A DNA stretch of 64,000 nucleotides from Candidatus Latescibacterota bacterium (GCA_965204745.1 OZ242010.1:2976001-3040000); one strand, 5' to 3'; counted from the first letter of the stretch, positions 8,949-19,043 are shown. A program made the numbers and translations. The notes: a model not told the origin generated them from the letters alone.

Positions 8949-11138
8949 ATGAAAAACCGAGTTGCGGTTGGAAAATTGAGCGTGGATGCCGAACTCCACG
9001 CCTTGGTCAAAGGCGAAATCGCGCCCGGTACCGGCGTGGATGCCGAGGCGGTTTGGCATGCGTTAGGGGAAATCGCGAGCGACTTGGCACCGCAGAATCG
9101 GCGGTTATTGGAAAAGCGCGATGCCTTGCAGGCCGAGATCGATGCGTGGCACATTGCGCGCAAAGGGCAACCGATAGACCGCGGCGCGTACCGAGCATTT
9201 TTGCAAGACATCGGGTACTTGCTGCCCGAGGGCGATCATTTTCAAGTGCTGACGACCCGAGTCGATCCGGAAATTGCAACGCTGGCCGGCCCGCAGTTGG
9301 TCGTGCCCGTGGATAATGCGCGGTATTGCCTGAACGCGGCGAATGCGCGCTGGGGCAGTTTGTACGACGCGCTGTATGGAACAGACGTGATTTCCGAGGC
9401 TGGCGGCGCGGAAAGGGGCGCGGCGTACAATCCCGTGCGCGGCGAAAAAGTGATCGCCGCCGCGAATGAATTTTTGGATGCCACCGTGCCGTTGTACAAG
9501 GGGTCGTATGCCGAGGTCACGGCCTTTGCCCTCCGCGAATCGGGCGGGCGCAAGGGACTCGTCGCACAGGTGGATGGACGAGAGGTGGGCTTGGCAGAGC
9601 CAGCGCAATTCGTGGGCTATGCAGAACGCGATGGGCACTTGTCCACCGCGTTGTTGGCACACCATGGATTGCACGTCGAAATCCAGATCGATCCCGCGCA
9701 TCCCATTGGCAAAGCGCATCCGGCCGGCGTCAAAGACGTGGTGCTAGAGGCTGCCCTCACCGCGATTCAGGACTGCGAGGATTCCGTGGCCGCTGTGGAT
9801 GCCGCAGACAAGGTGCGCGTGTACCGCAACTGGTGCGGCCTGATGAAAGGCACGTTGGAGACGACCTTTGAAAAAAACGGCCAGCGCGTCAATCGCAAAC
9901 TGAAGCCGGACAGAACGTACACCCGGCCAGATGGCGGCGCGTTGACCTTGCCGGGGCGCAGCACCCTGCTGATTCGCAACGTGGGCATTCACCTCTATAC
10001 CGATGCGGTGACGACTGCCGGCGGCGAGGCGATTCCCGAAGGATTTTTGGACGCGATGATCACCGCGCTGGCCGCCATGCACGACTTGAAGAACGATGGC
10101 CCGTTTCAAAACAGCCGGGCGGGTAGCGTGTACATCGTAAAGCCCAAGTTGCACGGGCCTGAAGAAGTGGCGGCCACCGTGACCCTGTTTGCCCGCATAG
10201 AAGACGCGCTAGGCCTGGCGCGCAACACCCTGAAAATCGGGATTATGGATGAAGAACGGCGCACCACCGTCAATTTGAAACGCGCCTTGTGGGAAGCGCG
10301 GGACCGCGTCATTTTCATCAATACGGGATTTTTGGACCGCACGGGAGACGAGATTCACACGAGCATGGAAGCCGGCGCCATGGTGCCCAAGAATGAGATT
10401 AAGGCGCGACCCTGGTTGGCGGCGTATGAAGATTGGAATGTGGATGTGGGCATTGAGACCGGGTTGATCGGCAAAGGGCAAATTGGCAAAGGCATGTGGG
10501 CGATGCCCGACGCCATGCGGGAGATGGCGGAAACCAAGATGAATCACCCCGAGGCCGGCGCGACGACTGCGTGGGTGCCCTCGCCAACCGCGGCTACCCT
10601 ACACGCGATGCACTATCACCAGGTCGATGTCTCCGCACGACAACGAGAACTCGCAACCCGAGCACGCGCCAGCTTGGATGCGATTTTGACCCCGCCCTTG
10701 CTGGATCGCGATCTGACGGATGGGGAAATCGCACGCGAATTGGACAACAACGCGCAAGGCATTTTGGGCTATGTGGTGCGCTGGATCGATCAGGGCATTG
10801 GCTGCTCCAAAGTGCCCGACATCCACGACGTCGGCCTGATGGAAGACCGCGCGACCCTGCGTATCTCCAGCCAGCACATCGCCAACTGGTTGCACCACGG
10901 CATTGTGAGCGCAGAGCGCGTCCGCGCGACCTTTGAGAAAATGGCCGCGGTTGTGGATCGCCAAAATGCAGGCGATGCCGCCTATCGCAACATGGCGCCA
11001 AATTTTGATCAGAGCATCGCGTTTCAAGCCGCGCTCGACCTCGTTTTCAAAGGCCGCACAGTCGAAAATGGATATACCGAACCGGTCTTGCATGCGCGCA
11101 GGCGAGAGGTGAAAGGCAGTGGTCAGCAAAAGGCGTGA
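8949..11138 (+). CDS. glcB: Malate synthase G
   Basis: [85 protein letters not shown]. Confidence 0.97.
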   Translation: MKNRVAVGKLSVDAELHALVKGEIAPGTGVDAEAVWHALGEIASDLAPQNRRLLEKRDALQAEIDAWHIARKGQPIDRGAYRAFLQDIGYLLPEGDHFQVLTTRVDPEIATLAGPQLVVPVDNARYCLNAANARWGSLYDALYGTDVISEAGGAERGAAYNPVRGEKVIAAANEFLDATVPLYKGSYAEVTAFALRESGGRKGLVAQVDGREVGLAEPAQFVGYAERDGHLSTALLAHHGLHVEIQIDPAHPIGKAHPAGVKDVVLEAALTAIQDCEDSVAAVDAADKVRVYRNWCGLMKGTLETTFEKNGQRVNRKLKPDRTYTRPDGGALTLPGRSTLLIRNVGIHLYTDAVTTAGGEAIPEGFLDAMITALAAMHDLKNDGPFQNSRAGSVYIVKPKLHGPEEVAATVTLFARIEDALGLARNTLKIGIMDEERRTTVNLKRALWEARDRVIFINTGFLDRTGDEIHTSMEAGAMVPKNEIKARPWLAAYEDWNVDVGIETGLIGKGQIGKGMWAMPDAMREMAETKMNHPEAGATTAWVPSPTAATLHAMHYHQVDVSARQRELATRARASLDAILTPPLLDRDLTDGEIARELDNNAQGILGYVVRWIDQGIGCSKVPDIHDVGLMEDRATLRISSQHIANWLHHGIVSAERVRATFEKMAAVVDRQNAGDAAYRNMAPNFDQSIAFQAALDLVFKGRTVENGYTEPVLHARRREVKGSGQQKA

Positions 11139-11229
11139 GAGGCAAGAGGCGTGAGAGGCAAAAGGCGTGAGAGGCAAAAGGCGTGAGAGGCAAAAGGCGT
11201 GAGAGGCAAAAGGCGTGAGAGGCAAGAGG
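11126..11229. repeat. Tandem 16-bp purine-rich repeat (GCAAAAGGCGTGAGAG) x~6
   Basis: AGGCGTGAGA recurs at 11131, 11147, 11163, 11179, 11195 and 11211. The first unit contains the glcB stop codon. Confidence 0.93.
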
Positions 11230-11249
11230 GGAGAGGTAAGAGTCTCCTT

Positions 11250-12101
11250 TTACCCATACCGTCCGATATTCGCTTCGTCGTAGTACTTGTTCACATTTGG
11301 CACTGCGCGCATGCCGTGCCAGACGCCGCGGAACAGGGTTTGTCGCTTGGGGGGTAGGGTCGCGATCACCTCGGGCGATGGGCAACCTTTGCCCCATTTT
11401 GCGTTCACGGTGTTGTAGCAGGTGAACAAACTCAGCCTATCCCGATCCTCATTCACCCATTGCGTGCCGGTGTGGCACAGGGCTTCGGTGAAAATCACTG
11501 CGGATCCCGCTGGGCAGGAGTACGTTTCCCACAAATCGCTCTCGCGGCCACTCAGGGTTTCGGGCCGGGGAAATGCCGCCTTGTGGCTACCGGACAAGAA
11601 CATCGTGCCGCCATCGCCTTCTCGCACCTCGTTCAACTCCCAGACCACGCGAATCAGTCCCGCGTGAATTTTCCCCGGTTGCATCTGGTAAATGTGCGAG
11701 TTGCCGCAAAAGTTGAAGAAGCCGCCTCCGCCGTGGGGCCGAAAATTGTCGTGCCCGGCCTGACGATGGCTCGTGTACGTGTGGTCGAACCGAAACCCAT
11801 AGCAGTCTTCGGTTGCCAATGCCTGATTCGAGATGATCTCGTTCAACACGCCCACCACTGTCGGGTGGTCCAAAAGGATTTGGGACGCGCCACCGTGATT
11901 GTCGCGCTCATTCGGCGGCAGGGCGTCGCGTGCGTGCAAAAACTTCAACTGGTGTTCGCGCACGGGTTCGAGTTCGGCCTCGGTCAACAAGCCGGGCAAA
12001 CAGATCCACCCCTTCAGGTCGAACGCGTACTTCTGCTCTTCAGACATCGGCACAACGGGCAAGCCGTCGGCATTGGTCGTCGGCAACAGGGTTCTGGACA
12101 T
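11250..12101 (-). CDS. PhyH family Fe(II)/2OG dioxygenase-like protein
   Basis: KYAFDLKGWICLPGLL, VVWELNEV..GDGGTMFLSGSHK, AGSAVIFTEALCHTG. Confidence 0.85.
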   Translation of the reverse strand: MSRTLLPTTNADGLPVVPMSEEQKYAFDLKGWICLPGLLTEAELEPVREHQLKFLHARDALPPNERDNHGGASQILLDHPTVVGVLNEIISNQALATEDCYGFRFDHTYTSHRQAGHDNFRPHGGGGFFNFCGNSHIYQMQPGKIHAGLIRVVWELNEVREGDGGTMFLSGSHKAAFPRPETLSGRESDLWETYSCPAGSAVIFTEALCHTGTQWVNEDRDRLSLFTCYNTVNAKWGKGCPSPEVIATLPPKRQTLFRGVWHGMRAVPNVNKYYDEANIGRYG

Positions 12102-12196
12102 GAAATCCTCCTTTGGAAAAGTTCATCCTTGAAAAACGCGCCTGATGGACTATTTTATGGGAAATGTCGCGCCACAACCATCGAGAGATCATCATC

Positions 12197-12550
12197 ATGG
12201 AAATCACAATGGAAATTCCCGACGATCTGGCCGTGCGTTTGCAGAGTCGCCAAGATCAGTTGCCGCAAATCATCGAACTCGGCCTTCGCAAATTGGATGC
12301 AACAACGCCAGCCGCGTTTGAAGATGTCTCGGAGATATTGGAAACGCTGGCCGCTTTTCCCTCTGCTACGGAAATCATCGCTCTCCGTCCATCAGACGAA
12401 TTGCAAAAACGGATTGACGCGCTAATCAAAAAAAACCGTGCAGAGGGATTGCAACCCGAAGAAGAAAGAGAATGGACGCATTATGAATACCTCGAGCACA
12501 TCGTTCGGTTAGCCAAAGCAAACGCGGCCTTAAAGCTAAAAACAAAATGA
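12197..12550 (+). CDS. Small putative antitoxin-like protein paired with an HNH nuclease
   Basis: MEITMEIPDDLA ribbon-helix-like start; IIALRPS..LQ.RI..L..KNR..GL..EEE.E; overlaps the HNH start. Confidence 0.65.
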   Translation: MEITMEIPDDLAVRLQSRQDQLPQIIELGLRKLDATTPAAFEDVSEILETLAAFPSATEIIALRPSDELQKRIDALIKKNRAEGLQPEEEREWTHYEYLEHIVRLAKANAALKLKTK

Positions 12551-12950
12551 ATCCATCCTATATTCCCCTCAACCTGCGTAGCCGCAACGCGCTCGAGAAC
12601 TGTGCGAATACTGTCTTATCCCACAATCATTTTCATTTGCCACACACGAAATCGATCACATCATTGCCCAAAAACACGGCGGGCAAACGGTCTTGGACAA
12701 CCTCGCGCTCTCGTGTTCACTCTGTAACAAGTACAAGGGAAGCGACATAGCATCCATCGATCCACAAACGGGGCGCATCACGCCATTGTTCGATCCTCGC
12801 CGAGATGTTTGGGACGATCATTTTGAAGTGCAGGAAACAGGACACATTCACCCACTCACGCCAAAAGGTCGGGCGACGGCGCGCCTGCTCCAATTCAATC
12901 GATCCCCTCGCATTGCAGAACGGAGACTCCGCATTCTTTTGCGTAATTGA
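12547..12950 (+). pseudogene. HNH endonuclease, frameshifted near codon 11-12
   Basis: MNPSYIPLNLR is in one frame; QRARELCEYC..EIDHIIAQKHGG..DNLALSCSLCN..LFDPRRDVWDDHF is in another frame, with a TAG just upstream. Confidence 0.8.
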
Positions 12951-12952
12951 CA

Positions 12953-13948
12953 TTATCCCGCCATCTCCACTAATTCCTTCCACTGATCCGCATCCACCAA
13001 TACGCCTTTTTGCAAGCTCTCGCGTCGAATCCTCAGCATGCCCTCGCCGGGATAGCGCGCGGATTCGTGGACGGCATGCACGTCATCCACCACGCCATTG
13101 ACAACGCGCTCGCGCATCTCTTGCCCGATGAGCGAGGTCACGTCAATCGCGATATAGGTCTGCGATACGGCGTATTCATCGCCTTGCGCGCCAATGTCGT
13201 GCGTGGCCTGACCCCCGGATAGCAGCGCGGCCAACACATCGAGCACTATCGCCAGGGCCGAGCCTTTCCAGTACCCAATGGGCAGGGCGCGTTTGGAATC
13301 GAGAATCGCGCCGGGGTCACACGTCAAATTGCCCGCGGCATCGAATCCCCCGGCGATGGGCAGGGACTCGCCGCGCGCTTGCAACACCTCCAACTTGCCA
13401 TTGGAATACTGGCTCATCGCCATGTCCAACAAGATATGCCCATCTTGTCGCGGGATGGCGATAGTCATCGGGTTGTTGCCAACGCGCTTCTCGGTCGCGC
13501 CCCACGGCGGCATCAACGGGGTCGTGTTGGTCCAGCACATCCCAATACATCCCGCATCAGCGGCTTGCAAACCATAAGCCCCTGCGCGCATCCAGTGATT
13601 CGTGTTTCGCAACCCCACGCATCCCATGCCATTTTCCCTCGCAATCTCAATGGCGCGGCCCATTGCAAAATGCGCGTTCACCAGCCCGACCCCCATTTTG
13701 CCATCCCATTGCTCCACCACGCCCAACGCCTTCACGCGCACGGGCGCGGCCCGGCCATCCAATTTCCCTGCGCGCAATTTTGCCACCAAGCCGGGGAATC
13801 GGTTCAACCCGTGGGAATACACGCCATCGCGCTGGTTCTCGGCAAACAATCGCCCGCACAATTCCGCACGCGCTTCGGACAATCCCGCGTTCACCAGTGT
13901 GCGAGAAAATGTGTTTTTTAACTCATCAAAAGGAACTCGTTTTTGCAT
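12953..13948 (-). CDS. yiaK: 3-dehydro-L-gulonate 2-dehydrogenase (Ldh_2 family)
   Basis: DGVYSHGLNRFP, LRNTNHWMRAG.YG, CWTNT..MPPWG, DMAMSQYS.GKL, LPIGYWKGS; 331 aa. Confidence 0.9.
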   Translation of the reverse strand: MQKRVPFDELKNTFSRTLVNAGLSEARAELCGRLFAENQRDGVYSHGLNRFPGLVAKLRAGKLDGRAAPVRVKALGVVEQWDGKMGVGLVNAHFAMGRAIEIARENGMGCVGLRNTNHWMRAGAYGLQAADAGCIGMCWTNTTPLMPPWGATEKRVGNNPMTIAIPRQDGHILLDMAMSQYSNGKLEVLQARGESLPIAGGFDAAGNLTCDPGAILDSKRALPIGYWKGSALAIVLDVLAALLSGGQATHDIGAQGDEYAVSQTYIAIDVTSLIGQEMRERVVNGVVDDVHAVHESARYPGEGMLRIRRESLQKGVLVDADQWKELVEMAG

Positions 13949-14093
13949 GAAAACCCTCCCTTCCGCTTGAGAAAATGGCTGACGTAGTGAATGCGAAGTC
14001 CATAACCCATCGGAAAAAATTAAGGCGTCTATGCGCGCTCGGAATGAATCCGAGTTCATGGACGCCTCGTGCTCGCTTTACCTATGAAAAAAA

Positions 14094-14169
14094 TGGAGCG
14101 GGAAACGGGACTCGAACCCGCGACATCAAGCTTGGGAAGCTTGCACTCTACCAACTGAGTTATTCCCGC
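14094..14169 (-). tRNA. tRNA-Gly (anticodon CCC)
   Basis: GCGGGAA acceptor stem, CTCAGTTGGTAGAG D-arm, CAAGC-TTCCCAA-GCTTG anticodon arm, GGTTCGAGTCC T-arm, encoded CCA; 76 nt. Confidence 0.97.
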
Positions 14170-14185
14170 TCCGCAATGGGGAGCC

Positions 14186-14214
14186 AATTTACACTTGTGG
14201 TTCTGTGGTGTCAA
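14186..14214 (-). promoter_or_regulatory. Sigma-70 promoter of tRNA-Gly
   Basis: TTGACA-17 bp-TAAATT; the -35 box overlaps the miaA stop codon. Confidence 0.75.
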
Positions 14215-15119
14215 GATTTTTTCAGGTGGTGCAAAATGGCATCTGCCGCGCCATGGGCATCCACCCAAGCAATGCGTTTGTCTTTGCGAAAAAAGGTCAT
14301 CTGCCGCTTGGCGTATCGCCGCGTGGCCCGTTGTGCCTCGGCGATGGCGCGGTCGAGCGCGATCTCGTCATCGAGATGGCGAAACGCCTCGCGGTAGCCA
14401 AAGGTTTTGAGCGCGTTGCGATCCGAGGCGTAACCCATGGCGCGGAGGCGGCGCGCTTCTTCGATCAAGCCCCGTGCGAACATCTGACGGGTGCGCGCGT
14501 CGATCCGCTCGTAGAGCACTTCGCGCGCCCAGCACAAGGCAAAACGCGACGCGGTGTAGCGAATCCGCGGCGGCACTTCTTGGTGCGCGGAGAGGGGCTT
14601 GCCCGATGCCTCATACACTTCTAGGCCGCGCACGATGCGCTGCGTATCGGTCGCCTGAATTTTTGATGCCCATTTCGGATCGACCACCCGCAACTTTTCG
14701 TACAAGTTGGAAAGCCCAGCTCGCGCTTCTGCTCGCAAGCGCGTGCGAATCTCGGCGGGAATGTCCGGCATGGGTGAAAAGCCATCGCACAATGCGCGGA
14801 TGTACAAGCCCGCGCCGCCGACCACGAGGGGTATCTTGCCGCGGCTTAAAACATCCCCAATCACTGCGGCGGCGTCTTCGGCGAATTGCCCCGCGCTGTA
14901 GCCCGCGGCTGGATCGACAAAGTCGATCAGGTGATGGCGCGCGGCGGCCCGTTCTTCAAGGGTCGGCTTTGCCGTGCCGATGTCCATCATGCGATAGATT
15001 TGGCGCGCATCTGCCGAGATGATTTCGCCATTTAATTGCCGAGCCAGTTCAATGCCCACGGCGGTTTTGCCAGATGCGGTGGGCCCGGCGAGGACGAGGA
15101 GGTGCGGGAGAGAGGCCAT
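14211..15119 (-). CDS. miaA: tRNA dimethylallyltransferase
   Basis: GPTASGKT, EIISADARQIYRMMDIGTAKP, TRRYAKRQMTFF; follows mutL. Confidence 0.96.
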   Translation of the reverse strand: MASLPHLLVLAGPTASGKTAVGIELARQLNGEIISADARQIYRMMDIGTAKPTLEERAAARHHLIDFVDPAAGYSAGQFAEDAAAVIGDVLSRGKIPLVVGGAGLYIRALCDGFSPMPDIPAEIRTRLRAEARAGLSNLYEKLRVVDPKWASKIQATDTQRIVRGLEVYEASGKPLSAHQEVPPRIRYTASRFALCWAREVLYERIDARTRQMFARGLIEEARRLRAMGYASDRNALKTFGYREAFRHLDDEIALDRAIAEAQRATRRYAKRQMTFFRKDKRIAWVDAHGAADAILHHLKKS

Positions 15120-15120
15120 G

Positions 15121-16905
15121 TTATCGCCTAAACCGATTGTCGATTTCGTCCAGGCCGATCTTGATCAGCGTTGGGCGGCCGTAAGGGCCGATGAAGGGTT
15201 CGCGCGTTGCGAATAATTGATCGATGAGGGCGCGCATTTCTTCGGTGGCTAAGCCCTCGCCCGTGCGGATGGACGTGTGCCACGCATAAGACGACGCCAA
15301 GCGGTGTTCTTGCGGCGCGATCTGCCGATCCTGCCCCGGTGGCGGCACGGCGGTCGCCTGTTCGGCTTCGGCCATATCCCGAATCATATCGCGCAAAAGT
15401 TGCCCGTCTTGCCACGCCTGCAACCCAATGGGAATCGCATCGACAACGACCGTATTGCCGCCAAAATCCCGGATGCCGAAGCCCATTTTCTCCAAAAGCG
15501 GCATGGCCTCGCGCACGAGATGAATTTCTTTGACCCCAAAGGCGAGGGTCAGCGGAAACAACATCCGCTGGCTCGTTGCGGGCCGGGCGTGCATATTTTC
15601 TATGGCGCGCTCGTACAAAATCCGCTGGTGGGCAACCTGCTGGTCAATCGCGATCAGCCCGTTTTTGATGTGCGCCAAAATGTACTTGCTGTGCAACTGC
15701 CACACGGAAACCCGCGCCATGTCCTCTTCGGCAACCGCCTCGACATCGTCGTGCGCGGCCCCTGCCCCACCTTGCGACGCGCGCACGGTGAGGGGCAATG
15801 CCATCTGCGGTTCGCCGCCCACTTTGGGCTGATAGGCCAGGGGATTTTCCGCGACGCTCACTTGCGTGCCTTCGGGCATTGCGGCAACCGCCTCGTCGTT
15901 CAATTCGGGAATCAGGTCTTCGCCGCGCAATGCTTGTTGCACGGCGCGGGTGATGGTGGCGTAAATCAACCGCTCATCGGCAAAGCGAACCTCGCGCTTG
16001 GACGGATGCACATTGACATCCACGCGGCCGGGATCGATGCTCAAGCAGAGGCAATACGACGGCGCCAGCCCTTTGGGCAACAACCCGCCATACCCTTCGT
16101 ACACCGCATGGGCAATGGCTTTGTGCTGCACCCATCGGTGGTTGACGATCAAGACCTGCTGCGCGCCGGATTTTCGCGCGGTCTCGGGTTTGCCGACAAA
16201 GCCGCGCACCGCAATCCCGCTCGCACTGCTTTCAACGCCAATGGCGTCTTTGCCATAGCGCACGCCGAATACGCGCTCGGCTCTGCGCGCAAAGCCGGCC
16301 CTGGGCAGTTGCAACACAGGGCGTCCATTGTGCTTGAGGTCAAACCCGATCTCCGGATAGGCCATCGCCATCGCGGTGACCGCGTTCACAATGTGCCGAA
16401 ATTCCGTATCCACGCCCTTGAGAAATTTTCGCCTGGCGGGCACGTTAAAAAATAGCCCGTGCAAGGTGATGGTCGTGCCCGGCCCGCGCCCAATCGCAGA
16501 CACATCCCGCACGCGCCCGCCCACCACATCTACGCGCGTTCCTTCGATAGCTTCTGCCACCCGCGTTTCGAGGGTCAGCCGCGACACCGCGGCAATGCTG
16601 GGCAGGGCCTCGCCCCGAAAGCCGTGCGTGAGCAACCCTTTCAGGTCATCCAAATTTTGGATTTTGCTCGTCGCATGGCGCTCGAGTGCCAAAAGCGCGT
16701 CGTCGCGCGACATCCCGCCCCCGTTGTCGCTGACGCGCAGGCTTTCCTTGCCGCCGGCGGTGATTTCGATGAGAATGCGGTCCGAGCCCGCGTCCACCGA
16801 ATTTTCGATCAATTCTTTTGCGACAGATGCCGGGCGTTCCACGACTTCGCCGGCAGCGATGCGGTTGGCAATGTCCTCTGGGAGAATGTGAATTTTGTTG
16901 GGCAT
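15121..16905 (-). CDS. mutL: DNA mismatch repair protein MutL
   Basis: NRIAAGEVVERPASVAKELIENSVDAG, GFRGEALPSI, DVNVHPSKREVRF. Confidence 0.97.
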   Translation of the reverse strand: MPNKIHILPEDIANRIAAGEVVERPASVAKELIENSVDAGSDRILIEITAGGKESLRVSDNGGGMSRDDALLALERHATSKIQNLDDLKGLLTHGFRGEALPSIAAVSRLTLETRVAEAIEGTRVDVVGGRVRDVSAIGRGPGTTITLHGLFFNVPARRKFLKGVDTEFRHIVNAVTAMAMAYPEIGFDLKHNGRPVLQLPRAGFARRAERVFGVRYGKDAIGVESSASGIAVRGFVGKPETARKSGAQQVLIVNHRWVQHKAIAHAVYEGYGGLLPKGLAPSYCLCLSIDPGRVDVNVHPSKREVRFADERLIYATITRAVQQALRGEDLIPELNDEAVAAMPEGTQVSVAENPLAYQPKVGGEPQMALPLTVRASQGGAGAAHDDVEAVAEEDMARVSVWQLHSKYILAHIKNGLIAIDQQVAHQRILYERAIENMHARPATSQRMLFPLTLAFGVKEIHLVREAMPLLEKMGFGIRDFGGNTVVVDAIPIGLQAWQDGQLLRDMIRDMAEAEQATAVPPPGQDRQIAPQEHRLASSYAWHTSIRTGEGLATEEMRALIDQLFATREPFIGPYGRPTLIKIGLDEIDNRFRR

Positions 16906-16926
16906 GGCGTTCTCCAGCAGAAAAAC

Positions 16927-17036
16927 AAAAAACGCCTAACCCGCCGGGCGCCGAATAATTATTGTCGAAGTCCCGGTGTATAACAGCGGAAAACTTCCTG
17001 CGGGGCCACCCTTATGCAGATTCAAGGCGTTTTTTT
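16927..17036 (-). ncRNA. Candidate structured RNA / leader upstream of mutL (unassigned)
   Basis: Long closing stem AAAAAACGCCT..AATCTGC / GCGGGTT-AGGCGTTTTTT enclosing smaller hairpins, followed by a U-tract. It lies downstream of a promoter. Confidence 0.35.
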
Positions 17037-17059
17037 GTGAAGCATGCGCTTCGGTGAAT

Positions 17060-17088
17060 AATATAGCACTTTTGCGCGGTTTGAGCAA
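17060..17088 (-). promoter_or_regulatory. Sigma-70 promoter towards mutL
   Basis: TTGCTC-17 bp-TATATT with an extended -10 TGn. Confidence 0.55.
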
Positions 17089-17121
17089 GGATTACGTTCA
17101 AACTCGCCCTTGTACCAAAGG

Positions 17122-17150
17122 TTGACAAATGGCGATGGGTATTCTATCTT
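17122..17150 (+). promoter_or_regulatory. Sigma-70 promoter of nadB
   Basis: TTGACA-17 bp-TATCTT. Confidence 0.65.
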
Positions 17151-17228
17151 TTTTGATTGAAGTTTGATCTTGTTGCCGCGTATCGAAGCAGTCAATACGC
17201 GGTGTTTTAGACCACGAGGCAGAGAGCC

Positions 17229-18827
17229 GTGATTTATCAATCGGATTATTTGGTCATTGGCAGTGGCATCGCGGGCCTTTCGTTTGCCCTGCAAGCGGCA
17301 GAGACCGGGACCGTCACCCTGATCACAAAAAAGGAATTTCAGGAATCCAATACCAATTACGCGCAGGGCGGGATTGCGTCTGTCTTGCATCCGAGCGACT
17401 CGTTTGACCTGCACCGGCGGGATACCATTCAGGCCGGCGCGGGGTTGTGCCGCGAAGATGTGGTGGATATGGTGGTGCGCGCAGGCCCCAAGATGGTCGA
17501 GGCCCTCATCGCTTGGGGCGCGGAGTTCACGCGGTCGGGAAGCGATCTCGCACTCGGGCGCGAGGGCGGGCACTCAAAAAATCGCATCGTGTATGCCGCG
17601 GACCTGACCGGGCGCGAGATAGAACGCGCCCTGACCCAAGCCGCAGGCGCGCATCCCAACATCGCGGTGTGCGAACACCACATGGCGATTGATTTCATCG
17701 CGGCCCCCCGGGTTCACAAAACGAAAACCACAACGCAGGGAACGACGCACTGCTGGGGCGTCTATGCCTTGGATACCAACCGCGGGCAAGTCAAAACCTT
17801 TCTGGCAAAATACACCTTGTTGTGCAGCGGCGGATGCGGTCAAATCTACTTGCACTCGACCAACCCGGCCATCGCCACCGGCGACGGCATTGCGATGGCC
17901 TATCGCGCAGGCGCGAGCGTGGGCAATTTGGAATTTATGCAGTTTCACCCCACCGCGCTCTTTCACCGCGAAGCCGATTCCTTTTTGATTTCCGAAGCCG
18001 TGCGCGGGCACGGGGGCATTTTGGTGGATCGCGCCGGGCGGGCATTTATGGTCGATTACCACGCGATGGGCGAGCTCGCGCCCCGAGACGTGGTCGCGCG
18101 CGCCATTGACAGCGAAATGAAAAAGACCGGCGATCCATGTGTTTATCTCGACATCACCCATTGCCCGCGTGCGGAATTGCAGGAGCGTTTTCCGACCATT
18201 TACGCGCAGTGCATGCAATTCGGCATCGACATGGCACGCGATCCCATCCCGGTTGTGCCGGCCGCGCACTACATGTGCGGCGGGGTCTTCACGGATACGT
18301 GGGGGCGCACGGACATCGAACGGCTCTACGCCTCGGGCGAGATCGCCTGCACCGGCTTGCACGGCGCGAATCGCTTGGCGAGCAATTCCCTCTTGGAAGC
18401 CCTGTTCTTTTCCCATCGCGCTTATGCCCACATCCAACGCGATGCCGATGCGCGGCGCGATTTTCCCAACATACCCGCACGGCAAAACGCCGCTGCGTTC
18501 AATAAAGAGAAATGGCGTTTGCTATCAAGTGCCCAGCGCGAAGTGCAGGAACTGATGTGGGATGATGTAGGGATTGTGAGATCGGATCTTCGCTTGCAAC
18601 GCGCATCTGACCGCATCGACGCCATCGCACGGGAAGTCGAAGCCTTTTACACCCGCTCACGAGTAACAGAAGCCCTGCTCGAACTCCGCAACATGACCAC
18701 GGTCGCCGCGCTGACCATTCGCTGCGCCCTATCCCGCCGCGAAAGCCGCGGCCTCCACCACACCCTCAACTGCCCCGACATGGCCGAATCCGCAAGAGAT
18801 ACGCTGATCCAAAAAGGTGAGAGGTGA
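17229..18827 (+). CDS. nadB: L-aspartate oxidase
   Basis: VIGSGIAGL, SNTNYAQGGIASV, REGGHSKNRI, EFMQFHPT, PAAHYMCGG, GLHGANRLASNSLLE. Confidence 0.96.
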   Translation: MIYQSDYLVIGSGIAGLSFALQAAETGTVTLITKKEFQESNTNYAQGGIASVLHPSDSFDLHRRDTIQAGAGLCREDVVDMVVRAGPKMVEALIAWGAEFTRSGSDLALGREGGHSKNRIVYAADLTGREIERALTQAAGAHPNIAVCEHHMAIDFIAAPRVHKTKTTTQGTTHCWGVYALDTNRGQVKTFLAKYTLLCSGGCGQIYLHSTNPAIATGDGIAMAYRAGASVGNLEFMQFHPTALFHREADSFLISEAVRGHGGILVDRAGRAFMVDYHAMGELAPRDVVARAIDSEMKKTGDPCVYLDITHCPRAELQERFPTIYAQCMQFGIDMARDPIPVVPAAHYMCGGVFTDTWGRTDIERLYASGEIACTGLHGANRLASNSLLEALFFSHRAYAHIQRDADARRDFPNIPARQNAAAFNKEKWRLLSSAQREVQELMWDDVGIVRSDLRLQRASDRIDAIAREVEAFYTRSRVTEALLELRNMTTVAALTIRCALSRRESRGLHHTLNCPDMAESARDTLIQKGER

Positions 18828-18911
18828 GAGGCAAGACGGGAGAAGGCCACCCCTCTTGTATCTTTGGGCGAGCACGGGGCATCGCCCTACAAAGGGGGTT
18901 GGGCGGGGCGG

Positions 18912-19043
18912 ACTGACCACTGACCACTGACCACTGACCACTGACCACTGACCACTGACCACTGACCACTGACCACTGACCACTGACCACTGACCACTGA
19001 CCACTGACCACTGACCACTGACCACTGACCACTGACCACTGAC
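18912..19043. repeat. Tandem heptamer array (ACTGACC) x~19
   Basis: Directly visible perfect array. Confidence 0.97.

Noticed and set aside
11126-11229. CRISPR-like repeat
   Set aside because: The 16-bp units are contiguous with no unique spacers, and there are no cas genes.
14094-14120. tRNA-Gly as the attachment site of an integrated island
   Set aside because: No duplicated tRNA 3' end and no integrase were seen in the window.
16996-17016. T-box-like ATAAGGGTGGCCCCGC upstream of mutL
   Set aside because: There is no specifier stem or room for one, and the downstream gene is not amino-acid related.
18912-19043. CRISPR array or coding repeat (SGQWSVV ORFs)
   Set aside because: It is a pure 7-bp tandem repeat with no spacers; the ORFs are translation artefacts of the repeat.
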